NCBI RefSeq assembly: GCF_006345805.1 | Contig: NC_042997.1 | Location: forward strand, 141,670,001-141,734,000 | Origin: Octopus sinensis | Lineage: Eukaryota | DNA: 64,000 nucleotides | Direction of reading: 5' to 3' | Shown here: positions 1 to 11,964 of the stretch, one piece after another | How positions within the stretch are numbered: the first letter of the stretch is position 1 | Layout of the letters: every line of letters starts with the position of its first letter | The notes under the pieces: model-generated | Database searches by the model: none | What the model was told of the DNA's origin: nothing | The model's input: the letters and a program-made list of their open reading frames with translations, nothing else | Translations under genes and position numbers: made by a program

Positions 1-153
1 TCGACCCCAGTGCGTAACAGGTACTTAATTTATCGACCCCGAAAGGATGAAAGGCAAAGTCGACCACGGCGGAATTTGAACTCAGAACGTAACGGCAGAC
101 GAAATACCGCTAAGCATTTCGCCCGGCGTGCTAAAGTTTCTGCCAGCTCGCCA
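1..153 (-). mobile_element. SINE family A (tRNA-derived head, Nin-like core), cut by the window edge
   Basis: Reverse complement reads GGCGAGCTGGCAGAAACTTTAGCACGCCGGGCG...GTTCTGAGTTCAAATTCCGCCG...GTCGACTTTGCCTTTCATCCTTTCGGGGTCGATAAATTAAGTACC. It has a Pol III A box (TGGCAGAAAC) and B box (GTTCAAATTC). More than 20 similar copies are in the window. The Nin-like label is from recall and needs a Dfam/Repbase check. Confidence 0.85.
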
Positions 154-1819
154 CAAGTACACAACTGATAGTTCCTAATGTACTAGTGAATTACTGTACT
201 ATTAAGTTGATTAGGTATTCAGCAGATCTATTAAGTACTATTAAGTTGATTAGGTATTCGCAAACGTGGGGCTATGTCGAGGGGAAATATTTAATTCTCA
301 GCACCTTATATCAGCATGCCGCTGTTTATGTGCGTGTGTATGTGTGCGTGTGCGCGCGCGCGTGAGTGCGTGTGGGGAATGTAGTGAAAGAAAATAGAGA
401 TTGAATAATCCAGGCGAATACATTAGTTATGCCTCTATACAGGAAGTCCATTAAGGAGTATAATAATCCATATCGGTCATTTATACCATGTGACAGGTGC
501 AAACTGTAAATCCATAGTTATTCTATAACTGATAGGTTGATATATTAATCACTGTGTATGACGGTAATGAAAAACAGAATGAAGAATTATATTCATATAA
601 TACTTCCTGTACTTATTTCATGGAAATCATTGAACCGTACTCACATCATACCATACTCTGCATGCTTAATCGATCAATTATTTGATGAATTGATTAAGTA
701 TTCTCATCAAGGGTTAAAAGTATCTGTTGAATTTTTAGAAAAGTCACCAGCATGTGTAAGTGGGCAGCTGTTAGAAGACATTCAAATTTTCTCACATTAT
801 TTATCTCTACGCTGGGTTCACATTCTTGGGAGATATTGGTGTTAACCAACTTGGAGAAGTTAAGTCTGTGAGATTTATTATCCTCTATTTTTCTCTAGAC
901 ATTGGTTATTATAGGACGCTTGGGAATCATAGGGTTCTCACAGTTAACCATTTCATTAGGCCTATAACTATAAGAGTTACCATTTATTGTATTAGTGTTA
1001 ATGATATTCCCTTTAAGAGACAATGAGATACTGTCACCTTCTTCATCCTAAGTAGATATCTTTTTCATCCTCAGGTGCAACATAAAATGCTTGAGTTATG
1101 TCGTCATTTGATATAAGATGGAGTCGACGTAGTCTAGACACAATGAAGACAACACATATTCTATTTATTATTAGAATAAAATATTGTCATCTCATGTTTA
1201 GCAGTATTCAGTTTGGATAATGCCTTCATATAAGTCTGATATTTCAGAGAAACTCGTAAAATTTGCAATGTGGTAATAAGGAGACATCCAGTCGTTGGAG
1301 AGATTGGTAGTCGATATGACACTGAGTGGTCATCGGAGAGGGCATCGAGCAAGACAGAAATGGGTCCTCAACGATAATTTGTATCGTTCTCACAGTCCTC
1401 AGCAACACCTAGTAAGATACTGAGTCAATATTGTACCAAATCGGGATAACTATAGTATGTCAGGATATTTTTAGGCATGCATTGAAAAAAAGTTGACGAA
1501 GATTTAACATTGTGACCTCTGTGTTGATATTTTCTGTGCTGTGAATATAAAAGGCTGTGGAGTCGCCAATCTTTTTCATAGCATTGATTGTATAAGTTTT
1601 CTGCTGTTCCTGTTTAAGAAGTAAAAATGTCGTTGAAGTCGTTAAATGCAATGATATCCACTGATTAGAATTTTTGATTCGTTTCATATATCTTGCATAA
1701 GTGAGACGGTCCTTGTTTTTAAGTAACTTAGCGTATTCATACGTTTTTATAATGCATTTTTGTATGTATGATTGGGCCCCGGTAATTATAAAGAAAACAA
1801 TTATTGTTGTTGGTTTTGT

Positions 1820-2045
1820 TGCGAAAAGGTAGGCGAACTATTGAATTGCTAGCACACCGGACAAAATGTTAAGCAGTATTTTTTCCGACTTTACATTCTG
1901 AGTTCAAATTCCTCCAAGGTCGGCGCTTTCCTTCATCCACTCGGGGTCGATGAAATAAGTACTACTTGAGGTACTTATTTTATCGATGTAATCGACTTGC
2001 CCCCTTTCTGGAAATTGCTGGCCTTGTGCCAAATTTTGAAACCAA
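1820..2045 (+). mobile_element. SINE family A, diverged copy
   Basis: ggcgaactattg...ctgagttcaaattcc...tcggggtcgatgaaataagtac...gccttgtgccaaattttgaaac matches the family A consensus. Confidence 0.75.
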
Positions 2046-2585
2046 TATTAATAGCATTATTACTATCTTCATTTTCGTATTTAGCTTGCAAGATTCTGGA
2101 TGTGATTTTAGGGTTGTCTAGAAGCAAACCATAACAATGATATCATCAAACTCCTAACTCCAACAACTAACTTAACCAATTCAATTAAAAAATCCTAGTT
2201 CCAAACTAGTCTAAAAATTCTCCCAAACAAAAATATGTCTTAAGGACTAGTCTAAAAACCAACTGTAAGCACCAACCCACTAATCCAACAACTTCTGAAC
2301 AACAAAATGCATAACCCCAGCAACTAGCCAAACAAGAATCTTGTGTTGAAGCAGATCTTTTTGTATTTAGGGAAATGATTCTCCTTACGAAATACAGCAA
2401 GACTATCACTATCGTTATTACGTTTGTAATAGTATGGCTGATAGGTAGTCGTCACAGAGTTTTTAATAAAAAGAGTATTTATTGCGGGTCTTTGCATTCT
2501 AGGTTCAAATGCTCCCGGGGCCAACTGTTTTTAATCATTTTTCTATCTTTCTGGAGTAAAGTATCCGTGAAGTACGAGAATCGAT

Positions 2586-2863
2586 GGTATCGACGAGACT
2601 TCTCCCTTCAAAAACTGCTAGTCTTGCGTCTAAATTAGAAACAATTATTGCGAGTAGTAGTAATAGTTTCTGTTTATTTAACAATGATATGGAATAGTTT
2701 GGTTTTATAAATAGCTATTTCTACACATATTGATAATAAACTCTGTCAATTTTTAAAAAGAAATGAAATAGGAAAAAGAACACGAAACTCTTCCGTGGTG
2801 TCGACGAGACTTTTCCCTTCAAAATCTGCTAGTCTTGCGCCTAAATTAGACAACAATTATTGC

Positions 2864-2897
<34 letters not shown>

Positions 2898-3027
2898 TTC
2901 TGTTTATTTAGTAGTTATATGAAATAGTTTGGTTTTATAAATAGCTATTTCTGCACATATTGATAATAAACTCTGTCAATTTTTAAAAAGAAATGAAATA
3001 GAAAAAAAGAACACGAAACTCTTCCGT
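2586..3027. repeat. Tandem duplication of an about 211/231-bp unit
   Basis: 2586-2796 and 2797-3027 both run ggt(a/g)tcgacgagactt...gaacacgaaactcttccgt; copy 2 has an expanded (GTA)n. Confidence 0.9.
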
Positions 3028-3426
3028 TCGTTCGGACAGTATTAGCCTTTCGTTATGTTCTCACCTCTGGCGTTCTCCAGTAGAGAATCTAATAATGAGC
3101 GATAAAATACACACATGATGTTTAGACAAGCTGTCAAGCTCAACTTTCGTTCTTTGCAATATCATTCAGTCGTCTCTTTATATATTTGTTGTTTAGAAGA
3201 AATGCTATAATTTATGCAGTTCAAAAGCATAAATATAATTGGAATGGAAGTGGGATCGCTGTAACAGCAGCAATAGCAGTAGTGAAGTTATGAACTTACT
3301 GTATCTAGTTATTTTGCATTCTAGGCTCATGCCTTTTATCTTTTACTTGTTCACGCTATTGTGCTGGGGCACCATCTTTAAGGCGTTTGCCAAACAAGTC
3401 GGCCCAAGTACATTTTTTTCATTTAG

Positions 3427-3463
3427 TCCGGAACGTATTCTAGCGGCGTCTTTTACCGAATCG
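3427..3463 (+). CDS. Candidate micro-exon (phase 0 to phase 1), SGTYSSGVFYRI
   Basis: Acceptor acatttttttcatttAG, donor CG|GTAAGT, 37 nt, open frame. Based on splice signals only; no homology recognised. Confidence 0.3.
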
Positions 3464-3799
3464 GTAAGTTACAGAGTCTGACTCTGTCTGAAGACATGTA
3501 CGATATTCGTTAGGATGAAATGCTCTATAAACTCCATTTATGAATGGCATTTATATTGTGACACCATTTATTAATTAGCAAATACAGAAGCATATGTAAC
3601 AGCTCTGTGTTTATCTCTCATGGTTGATGCGTTCTTTACGATATATTTTATAGCCTAATTCGAACCTCAGAGTACCTATGGGATCCCGCGGAGGACATTT
3701 AATGTGATTACTGATAAGAGCCGCAACCAAAACGTACATTCGTTGCATAGTAAGCGCATCCATTTTTACTTATGAATATATATATTTTTTTTATATTTT

Positions 3800-4170
3800 A
3801 CTTGTTTCAGTCATTAAACAGCAGTCATGCTGGGGCACCACCTTAAAGAATTTTTAGTCGAAAGAATCAATCCCAGTATAATTTGTGGGTGGGGTATGTA
3901 ACTATGGTACTTAGTCTATCGGGCTCTTTGGCCGAGCAGCTAAATTACGGGGACGTAAGTACATCAACACCGGTTGTCAAGACATGGTAGGGAACAAAGG
4001 CAGACACAAAGACCCACACGTACATTTACAACGCGTTTCTTTCAGTTGCTGTCAACCAAGTACATTCACAAGGTTTTGGTTGGCCCGAGGCTATAGTAGA
4101 AGACACCTGCCCATGGTGTGACACAGTGGGACCAAACCCAGAATCATATGGCTGGGAAGCAAGCTTCTTA
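3800..4170 (-). mobile_element. SINE family B (CORE-like), diverged
   Basis: cttgtttcagtcatt...gctggggcaccacc...ggcccgaggctatagtagaagacacctgcccatgg... is the reverse complement of family B. Confidence 0.75.
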
Positions 4171-4449
4171 CCAAACAACTACGTCTGCGCCTACATATAT
4201 ATATATATAGGGAAAAAATAAGTTCAAAAAGGAACAATTCAAACATTTTGTGGGGTCCATAAAGAGAGAAAAAAATGATTTCTTATAAAGATCCATCATA
4301 TTCATAAAAAACAGCCAGAGCAAGTAATAAGAATATGGAAATAGTAGTTGAAAAATATCAACTACTATAGGTATAAATATACCATAAACAATTATCAAAA
4401 ATTGGAGGAGAAAAAGATGTTGCATCAAAATTAGAGTTAATACAAAATA

Positions 4450-5940
4450 CAGCGATATTTTTCAACTATGTTTTGCGGTTCTACTATCTCAATGTTAATG
4501 AAATTAGTGCACATTGTAGATTATGGTATATTCCACAATATACATTAGTTTTAATATCTGGTTGATCTTCTTTTAGCATCAATTACTGTTTTTATACTGT
4601 ACATATGCAACCAATTATTAGTAAGACCAACGTCCAAAATAAACTTGTGTTTCCTTGGATTATTTCAGAGATTTATGCTAAAATACATTGTAGATACAGT
4701 TAATAAACAGTAAAATGCCTGAAACAAGAGAGTTGAGTGAGTGTGAGCGAGGTCAAATCGTAGCTCATCATAAAGATGGAATGTCTGAAAGGCAAATTGC
4801 TCAGAAGATGAAATGTTCTCGATGTGCGGTGCAAACGACTCTCAAACGCTTCAGAAAGACAAAAGGTGTGAAGACAATACAAAAAACAGGTAGAAAAATG
4901 GTTACATTACCTCGTGATGACAGATCCATCAGCCGTCAGTCGCTCAAAAACAGGATAAAAACATCGTCGGAGCCCTATGCGGATTTCAACGAGACAAGTA
5001 CTTCACAAATATCAAACGGAACTGTTAGAAGAAGGCTTATAGAGTACCTTCTGAAAGGCTGTAAATCCAGGAAGAATCTATTGGTTTCTGAAGCGAATAT
5101 GGATAAAAGACTTCAGTGCCCCGAAAACCACTCAAATTGGACCAGTGAGCAATGGTCGAAAATCATATGGCCTGATGAAAGTAACTATGAGGTAAGATAG
5201 TGCATGTATTCAATCAACATATAAACTTAATGTAACTGGTTTGTTACCCAAAATATATTTTAAAAAAGTATCCAGCATAAAGCTAATATTATTTTTCGTG
5301 ATTTTACTCAGGTTTTCGGTACATCTGGTGCAACTTTCGTACGTCGCAAAGTTGGGGAAGCATTTAAGGCTGAATGTCTGGTGCCGTAAAACATGGGGGT
5401 GGTTCTATCAGAGTGTGGGCCTGCATATCTACCACAGGACCCGGAGAAATGTTTTTATGTCAGGGAAGAGTGAGTTCAGTTACCTGTGTTTCTATGTTAT
5501 CGGATGTTTTAGAGCCATCAATTGCCAAATTGCATCCAGGATTGTAGAAAGCAGTGTTATCTTTCAATAGGACAACATTCCATATCATACAGCAAAGAAT
5601 ACTCGTCAATGGTTTGAGACACAGGGTATTGTTCCCATAGAATGGCCAGCTCAAAGTCTCGACCTAAATCCAATCGAACACATATGGGGAACTCTTGGTG
5701 AAGCTATCAGGAACACAACAATTAAAACTAAAGAGCATTTGTACCAAAAGTTGAGGGAAGAATGGAGTAAAACTGCGCCTAGCACCTGCAAGAAAGTAGT
5801 AGATTCAATGCCTAACCGTATAAAAGCGGGAATTTAGGCTAAAGGAGGGTCAACCAGATATTAAAATTAATATATATTGTGAAATATACCATAATCTACC
5901 ATGTGCATGAGTTTCGTTAACATTGAAATAGCAGAACCCC
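4450..5940 (+). mobile_element. Tc1-family DNA transposon with long imperfect TIRs, decayed
   Basis: TA|CAG at 4448-4452. 4477-4576 and 5839-5940 are about 100-bp imperfect inverted repeats. An internal transposase is present. The outermost about 25 bp of the right TIR are degraded to C and A runs. Confidence 0.9.
4715..5864 (+). pseudogene. Tc1 DD34E transposase pseudogene, two exons (4715-5191 and 5312-5864)
   Basis: Exon 1: MPETRELSECERGQIV..., HTH, GRK, WPDESNYE. Exon 2: VFGTSGATFVRRKVGE, KHGGGSIRVWACIS, FQ*DNIPYH, WPAQSLDLNPIEHIW, KGGSTRY*. There are 34 residues between the second D and the E. It carries frameshifts and stops (for example a TAG in place of Q before DN). Confidence 0.9.
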
Positions 5941-5948
5941 CCCCCTCA

Positions 5949-5988
<40 letters not shown>

Positions 5989-5989
5989 T

Positions 5990-6300
5990 AGTCGCAAGAA
6001 TCACTTGGTTCTGGGTTCGGTCCCACTGCGTAGCACCTTGGGCAAGTGTCTTCTACTATAGCTTCTAGCCAACCAAAGCCTTATTAATGGATTTGGTAGG
6101 CGAAAATTGAAAAAGCTCGTCGTATGTGTGTGTTTTCCCCCATCATCGCTTGACAACCGATATTGGTGTGTTTACGTCCCTGTAACTTAGCGGTTCGGCA
6201 AAAGAGACCGATAGGATTAGTACTAGGCTTACAAAGAATAAGTCCTGGGGATGATATGTTCGACTAAAGGTGGTGCCCCAGCATAGCCGCAGTCAAGCAA
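5990..6300 (+). mobile_element. SINE family B, 5'-truncated
   Basis: gggttcggtcccactgcgtagcaccttgggcaagtgtcttctactatag...cttagcggttcggcaaaagagaccgatag...gccgcagtc. Confidence 0.8.
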
Positions 6301-6569
6301 GCTCACTCACAAGACACTGCTCAGCCTGGGGCTATAGTAAAAGGCACAAAGTCTGGTGCAGTAGAACTGAACCCGAAACCTCGTAGTCGTAAAGTAAATT
6401 TCTTAGCCATACGGCCATACCTGCACCTATGTGTCTAGCATTTCCTTGATTTTCATCCCTTCATAACTCAGAACCTGTAAGGCATAGGAAAGTTTTATTC
6501 ACACCAATGATTTTCACATGAGAGATAATCCATAGTAATGTTAATCAATATCTAACGTGTAGGTTTTGT

Positions 6570-6784
6570 CTTTTATTTGTTTCAGTCATTTGACTGTGGC
6601 CATGCTGGGGCACTGCCTTAAAGGGTTTTAGTCAAGCATATCGATCCCAGACTTTTTTTGAAGCCTGGTACTTATTCGATCGCTCTCTTTTGCTGAACAT
6701 TTAGGTTAAGGGTACGTAAACACACCGACACCGATTATCAGGTGGTGATGAGACACAACACACACACATACATGCACACACACG

Positions 6785-6823
<39 letters not shown>

Positions 6824-7335
6824 TTAGAGACAAAACCACTATTATGCAAATCAAACAAAGAAAGACTTAATCCAATACATAAAAAAAATTATATAAATTA
6901 AATTAAATTTAATTTAATTTAATTTAATTTATATAAATTTTTTATGTATTGGATTAAGTCTTTCTTGTTTGATTTGCATAATAGTGGTTTTGTCTCTAAT
7001 TAATATTATATAATATTTTACTATAAAATTGGATTCAGTCCTAAATCTGATTTTTCCCTGTAATTTGGATTTATTCCCTAATATTTATTATTATTATATA
7101 TATATATATTATATATATATATATATTATATATATATATATATTATATAAGCGTGTGTGTGCATGTATATATATATAGAGAGAGATATATACATGACAGA
7201 CTTCTCTCAGTTTCCGTTTAGCAAATCCATTCGCAAGGCTTTGGTCGACCCGAGGCTACAGTAGAAGACACCTGCCCATGGTGCCAAGCAGTGGGACTGA
7301 ACCCGGAACCATTTGTTTCGAAAGCAAGCTTTTTA
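6570..7335 (-). mobile_element. SINE family B interrupted in its internal (TA)n by a foldback element
   Basis: The 3' half (6570-6780) and the 5' half (7190-7335) flank (TA)n tracts that enclose 6819-7095. Confidence 0.85.
6819..7095. repeat. Near-spacerless foldback (about 92-bp arms, 6819-7004) plus one-sided extension (7005-7095) inside (TA)n
   Basis: attaattagagacaaaaccactattatgcaaatcaaac... is mirrored by ...gtttgatttgcataatagtggttttgtctctaattaat. Only small indels in A runs differ; the centre is (AAATT)n/(AATTT)n. Confidence 0.9.
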
Positions 7336-7691
7336 CCACACTGTTACGCCTGCGTTTACCGCAAAATTTTTAAATAGGTTCAGTGATTAGGTATAGAGTA
7401 TCTAGATTGCAGAAGTTAGCAGAGAATTCGCTGACTATGTTGCTGCTGCGAAGGAGTTTGCATTATAGTTCAATCTTCAGAATGGAGAAATAAGATCAAC
7501 ACAGCACATTCAACACATATATCTCCAAATCTCATTCTTCGAAAATCTTATCGTTTTCAATTTTTACTTTATCGGTTATGTGTTTGCAGTTATGCTGGGG
7601 TACCGCCATGACGGATTTTGGTCGGACATATATACATATATATATATACCTTTGAGAATTTGGCTTTAGGATCAACACCACAAAAATCAAC

Positions 7692-8399
7692 GTTTTAGAC
7701 TTATTCTGTCAGGCTACGGTCCTGCTTTGCGGTGAAAAATACGTATCGTGTAGCTGTGTATTGCCACCGTTATTGTCTTTGACAAAGCACATGACTGTAA
7801 ATGATGATGATCCAAGTTATATAGCCAGATTCAAGGCAGCATTTGTTAATGACTTCAGCAAATGTGGAGCTGACATGAAAAGTATTGAAATATTACAGAT
7901 TGCAACAGCATTTGATCCACGATATAAAAACTTGAAGTGTTTATCAGACGATTCAAAAGAACAAACTTGGTTACTTATTGGATAGCACATAGCAGCTGAT
8001 GTTAATGATGATTAATTGAAGACTAATGCACAAGATGATACTTACAGTGTCAGTAAATCTATACGCAAACCGAATGAAAAGCGTATTAAGCTGATGGAGC
8101 CTGACTCACACTTAGAAGAGGGTGTCAAAAATGCTTCTAGTGAAGTACAGCGATATAAAATGGAGAAAAAACTTGCTGAATCAGTTGATCCACTACAATG
8201 GTGGAAACGTAATTTACATCGATATCCGAAATTGGCATTTTTTGCCAAGACTGTTCTGTGCCTACCAGCTACCTCGGTTCCGTGTGAACGATTATTTAGC
8301 TCTGCTGGTTACATTGTTAACAAGACGCGCTCATCACTTGAACCAAATACTGTTAAAATGTTTGTGTGTTTGCGTAACTGGTTATCCAACAACATTTGA
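7692..8399 (+). pseudogene. hAT (ZBED1/Ac-like) transposase, C-terminal half with dimerisation domain, decayed
   Basis: LDLFCQATVLLCGEKYVSCSCVLP, ATAFDPRYKNL, DPLQWWKRNLHRYPKLAFFAKTVLCLPATSVPCERLFSSAG...LEPNTVKMFVCL, with in-frame stops near 7983-8015. Probable 3' TIR (ttaatcgttaccagccctg) ends at about 9005. Confidence 0.9.
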
Positions 8400-8481
8400 G
8401 TAAGGAAACGCCTGTGCTATTTCTTGTTTTTAACTGAATTTTAATACAAATATCATAAACTTGTCGATAAATACAACTGCA

Positions 8482-8897
8482 TAAGGAGGCGAGCTGGCAG
8501 AAACGTTAGCACGCCGGGCGAAATGAGTAGCCGTATTTCGTCTGTCGTTACGTTCTGAGTTCAAATTCCGCCGAGGTCGACTTTGCCTTTCATCCTTTCG
8601 GGGTCGATAAATTAAGTACCAGTTGCACACTGGGGTCGATGTAATCGACTTGATCCGTTTGTATGTCCTTGTTTGTCCCCTCTGTGTTTAGCTCCTTGTG
8701 GGTAGTAAAGAAATTGGTATTTCGTCTGCCGCTACTTTCTGAGTTCAAATTCCGCCGAGGTCGACTTTGCCTTTCATCCTTTTCGGGTCGATTAAATAAG
8801 TACCAGTTACGTACTGGGGTCGATGTAATCGACTTAATCCCTTTGTCTGTCCTTGTTTGTCTCTGTGTTTAGCCCCTTGTGAGCAATAAAGAAAGAA
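8482..8897 (+). mobile_element. SINE family A with internally duplicated core, inserted in the hAT 3' region
   Basis: 15-bp TSD ataaatacaactgca (8467-8481) / ataaatgcaactgca (8898-8912). The core plus tail unit repeats after ...gtagtaaagaaattggtatttcgtc. Confidence 0.9.
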
Positions 8898-9216
8898 ATA
8901 AATGCAACTGCAGACATTTTATGTTTTAATGGAAATTAACTATTAACTAATCGCTAATTTCTCAAAAGTTAATAATTAAAATTAAATTAATCGTTACCAG
9001 CCCTGATATATATTTTCCTTTTATCGTTGAGGTGGGGGAGGGGCTTAATAAAATATGCAACACTTGAGCACTGAGGGTGGTTATAATCGAGTAGATTCCT
9101 ACCCAAAATTTCAGGCTTTATGTCCAATGTAGAAAAGAGCATATGTATCTTGTAAAAGATACGAGAGTTTGGTGATTGCGAAAATAGTACAATGCTGTAC
9201 TATTAACCTTACAGTA

Positions 9217-9756
9217 CAGTAATCTCTCACCATATCACGGTTTATTATTTAAGCTTACGTCGATTCCTCCGTGGTGCTGTTTTGCATTTATAATAAAATA
9301 AATTGTGAAGGCGCGTGGCTTAGTGGTTAGGGGCATTCGGCTCATGAGCGTAAGGTCGTGAGTTCAATTCCCGGCTACGCATTGTGTCCTTGAGCAAGAC
9401 ACTTTATTTCAAGTTGCTCCAATCAACTCAGCTGGCAAAAATGAGAAGTACCTGTATTTCGAAGGGCCAGCCTTGTCACATTCTGTGTCACGCTGAATCT
9501 CCCTAAGAACTATGTTAAGAGTACACGTGTCGGTGGAGTGCTCAGCCGCTTGCACGTTAATTTCACGAGCAAGCTGTTCCGTTGATCGTATCAGCGGGGA
9601 CCCTCGAAGTCGTAACCAACGGAGTGCTCTTTTATAATAAAATAAATATATACAAATTATAAAAATGATAATAAAAATATATACAGTACTTCGCGGATTT
9701 TCACCTATCGCGGGGAGTTTGGGAACGTAACACCCGCGATAGTCGAGAGATTGCTG
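9217..9756. mobile_element. Tigger/pogo-like MITE with TA TSD, interrupted by a SINE
   Basis: TA|CAGTAATCTCTCACCATATCACGG ... CCGCGATAGTCGAGAGATTGCTG|TA. Confidence 0.8.
9304..9630 (+). mobile_element. SINE head C plus tail 2
   Basis: 17-bp TSD tttataataaaataaat (9287-9303 and 9631-9647). A box tggcttagtgg, B box gagttcaattcc. Tail cctgtatttcgaagggccagccttgtcac...cggagtgc. Confidence 0.9.
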
Positions 9757-10504
9757 TATTTAATTTCTGAAGTCTACTTTATAATTCCTCTGCGGGATAT
9801 ATAAAATTGCTACCAGACATATACTGAAGTCAACTGATTCAACTATACATCTCTCCTGAAAATTTATGGGCCTTTTATCAATGTAAGAAGCTTGCATTAT
9901 GTCTAAAACACATTTCAGTATTTTTCTCTAAGATACTCGTGGCTTTTACTTGAAAGGTTAATGAACTTGAAACTGCCAGTAATAAAGTTATATAGCTAAA
10001 GACGTCTGGTTGTCTTACAGAATAAAAGAACAGTTACTATAATCTATGGTGACGTGGCAAATAGGAATTCTAAACTGACTATTTGATTAACAATAATACG
10101 ATTCTCATTTTATATGTCAGGTATTTTCTTTTCATCTGTGTCATTGAGAATGACCAATTAATGATCGTGGTTATTTAGTATAATAGCACTGCTAAGAGTA
10201 AGCATTTGTCGTATGCTGGTTATCAGATCTATATGGGATTAGCTGTGTTAGTTTTCGTACGGCGTTTGATTCCCCGCTAACTCAGCTTGCGGGTATGTAA
10301 AAATACGAGATAACGAGACTAGAAACAACAGTCAAATCATCTTTAAATCGAATGTTACTGTTTGTAAAAACGAAGAAGCTCACATTAAAACCACGTAGTT
10401 TTGGGTTCAAGCACACTACGCTGCAGGGCCTTCTATTATAGCCCCGGGCTGATCAATACCAAGTGTGTGAATATGGTTAGACAGAGATTTTGTGGAAGCT
10501 CATC

Positions 10505-10535
<31 letters not shown>

Positions 10536-10805
10536 AACGCACGTATGTGTGTGGATATGTGTATATGTTTGTGTTTACGTTTCCCCCACCGCCTCTTCAA
10601 AACTAGTGTTGGTTTGTTTATACTCTTGTAACATAGCTGAAGAACGGTCGCTAATCATTTTTTCCTACGTGCTAACCATCGTGCCAGCTCGCCACTTTAG
10701 TAAACCCTTCTACAATAGGCACAAGACCTGAAATTTTGTAGGAAAGAGGCAAATCGTTTAATCGACACCAGGGCTCAGCTGATGAAAGTAAAGTAAAAAG
10801 TAAAG

Positions 10806-11047
10806 TTACCTTCTCAAATTATACTGACGCATAAGAGCCGTTTTCTCGCTTTCCATGGCGTATACATTCCCCACCTGGACAGAACGCCCATCCATCGCAG
10901 GATTACTCATTTTTGCCAGGACTGGAGCAACGTGAAATTGAGTGTTTAGCTCAAGAACACAATGCGCCGCCAGGTTCAGGAATCGAAGCCACAATCTTAC
11001 GATCATGATGAGTTCAACACCCTAACCACTAAGCCACGCGCCTCCAC
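10806..11047 (-). mobile_element. SINE head C plus tail 1 variant
   Basis: Reverse complement gtggaggcgcgtggcttagtggttagggtgttg...gctccagtcctggcaaaaatgagtaatcctgcgatggatgggcgttctgtccagg. Confidence 0.8.
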
Positions 11048-11049
11048 AG

Positions 11050-11345
11050 CTGGTACCGAAAGGAAGAAAGGGAAAGTGAACTTCGACAGCATTTCAGCTC
11101 ACTCAGAACGTAAAGACGGACGAAATATTGCTAAGCGTTTTGTCTGGCGTGCTAACGATTCTGCTTCCTCGCTACCTAAATCCTTTCTATTATAGACGCA
11201 TGGCCTTACATTTTGTGGGACGGGTCTAGTTGATTACATACTTATAGTATTGACCCCGAAAGAATTAAAAGCAAAGTCAACCTCGTCAGAATTTGGACTC
11301 AGAAACTAAAGGTCCTGAATAAATACCGCAAAGCATTTATTCCGA
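11050..11345 (-). mobile_element. Two partial SINE family A copies
   Basis: gaactcagaacgtaaagacggacgaaatattgctaagc...; gaccccgaaagaattaaaagcaaagtcaacctcgtcagaatttggactcag. Confidence 0.65.
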
Positions 11346-11415
11346 CACGCTGATGATTCTACCAACTGGCCGTTTTGTTTAATAATGATAATCATTTCAC
11401 ATTTTTGGCACAAGG

Positions 11416-11448
<33 letters not shown>

Positions 11449-11798
11449 TAACGATGATGATGGTGAAGGAGAAAACGGGGAGGAGGAGAAGGTGAGGTTA
11501 TCACGGAATGTTAAAGACATTGATGTAGATATCTGGAATTATGACATGGAGAGGCGTTGCCAAGAATGGCATGGTTGCCTTGACGAGTGATGTTTCGGAA
11601 AATGAAGAAGTTCTTCCCAGAATAAAAAATGAAAAAATCGACAGTAAGATGTTAGTATTTGGAAGAGATAATCATTTCAAATTTTTGGCACAAGGCCAGT
11701 AATTTTAAAGGAAGAAGCAAGTTGATTACACTGACCCTGTTGCTCAATGAAAAGCAAGTCGATCTCAACGGGAGGAATGCTACTAAGCAATTTTATTA

Positions 11799-11964
11799 TA
11801 GTAATACCTCACCATATCGCGGTTCACTTATTGCGCACTCAGTACATCGCGGTTCACTTATCGCCCACTCAGTGCATCGTGGTTCACCTATTGCGCACTC
11901 AATACATCACAGATTTTTCTGGCTAATATATGTAATTTTATGTCGCGGGCTCCCCAGTATATCG
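11799..11964. mobile_element. Partial Tigger-like MITE end with three tandem 30-bp units
   Basis: agtaatacctcaccatatcgcgg matches the 9217 TIR. atcgcggttcacttattgcgcactcagtac occurs three times from 11816. Confidence 0.7.

Noticed and set aside
3486-3530. CTGAAGA...GAAA motif as a hammerhead
   Set aside because: Stem I and stem II cannot be formed convincingly and there is no palindromic stem III with a UH triplet.
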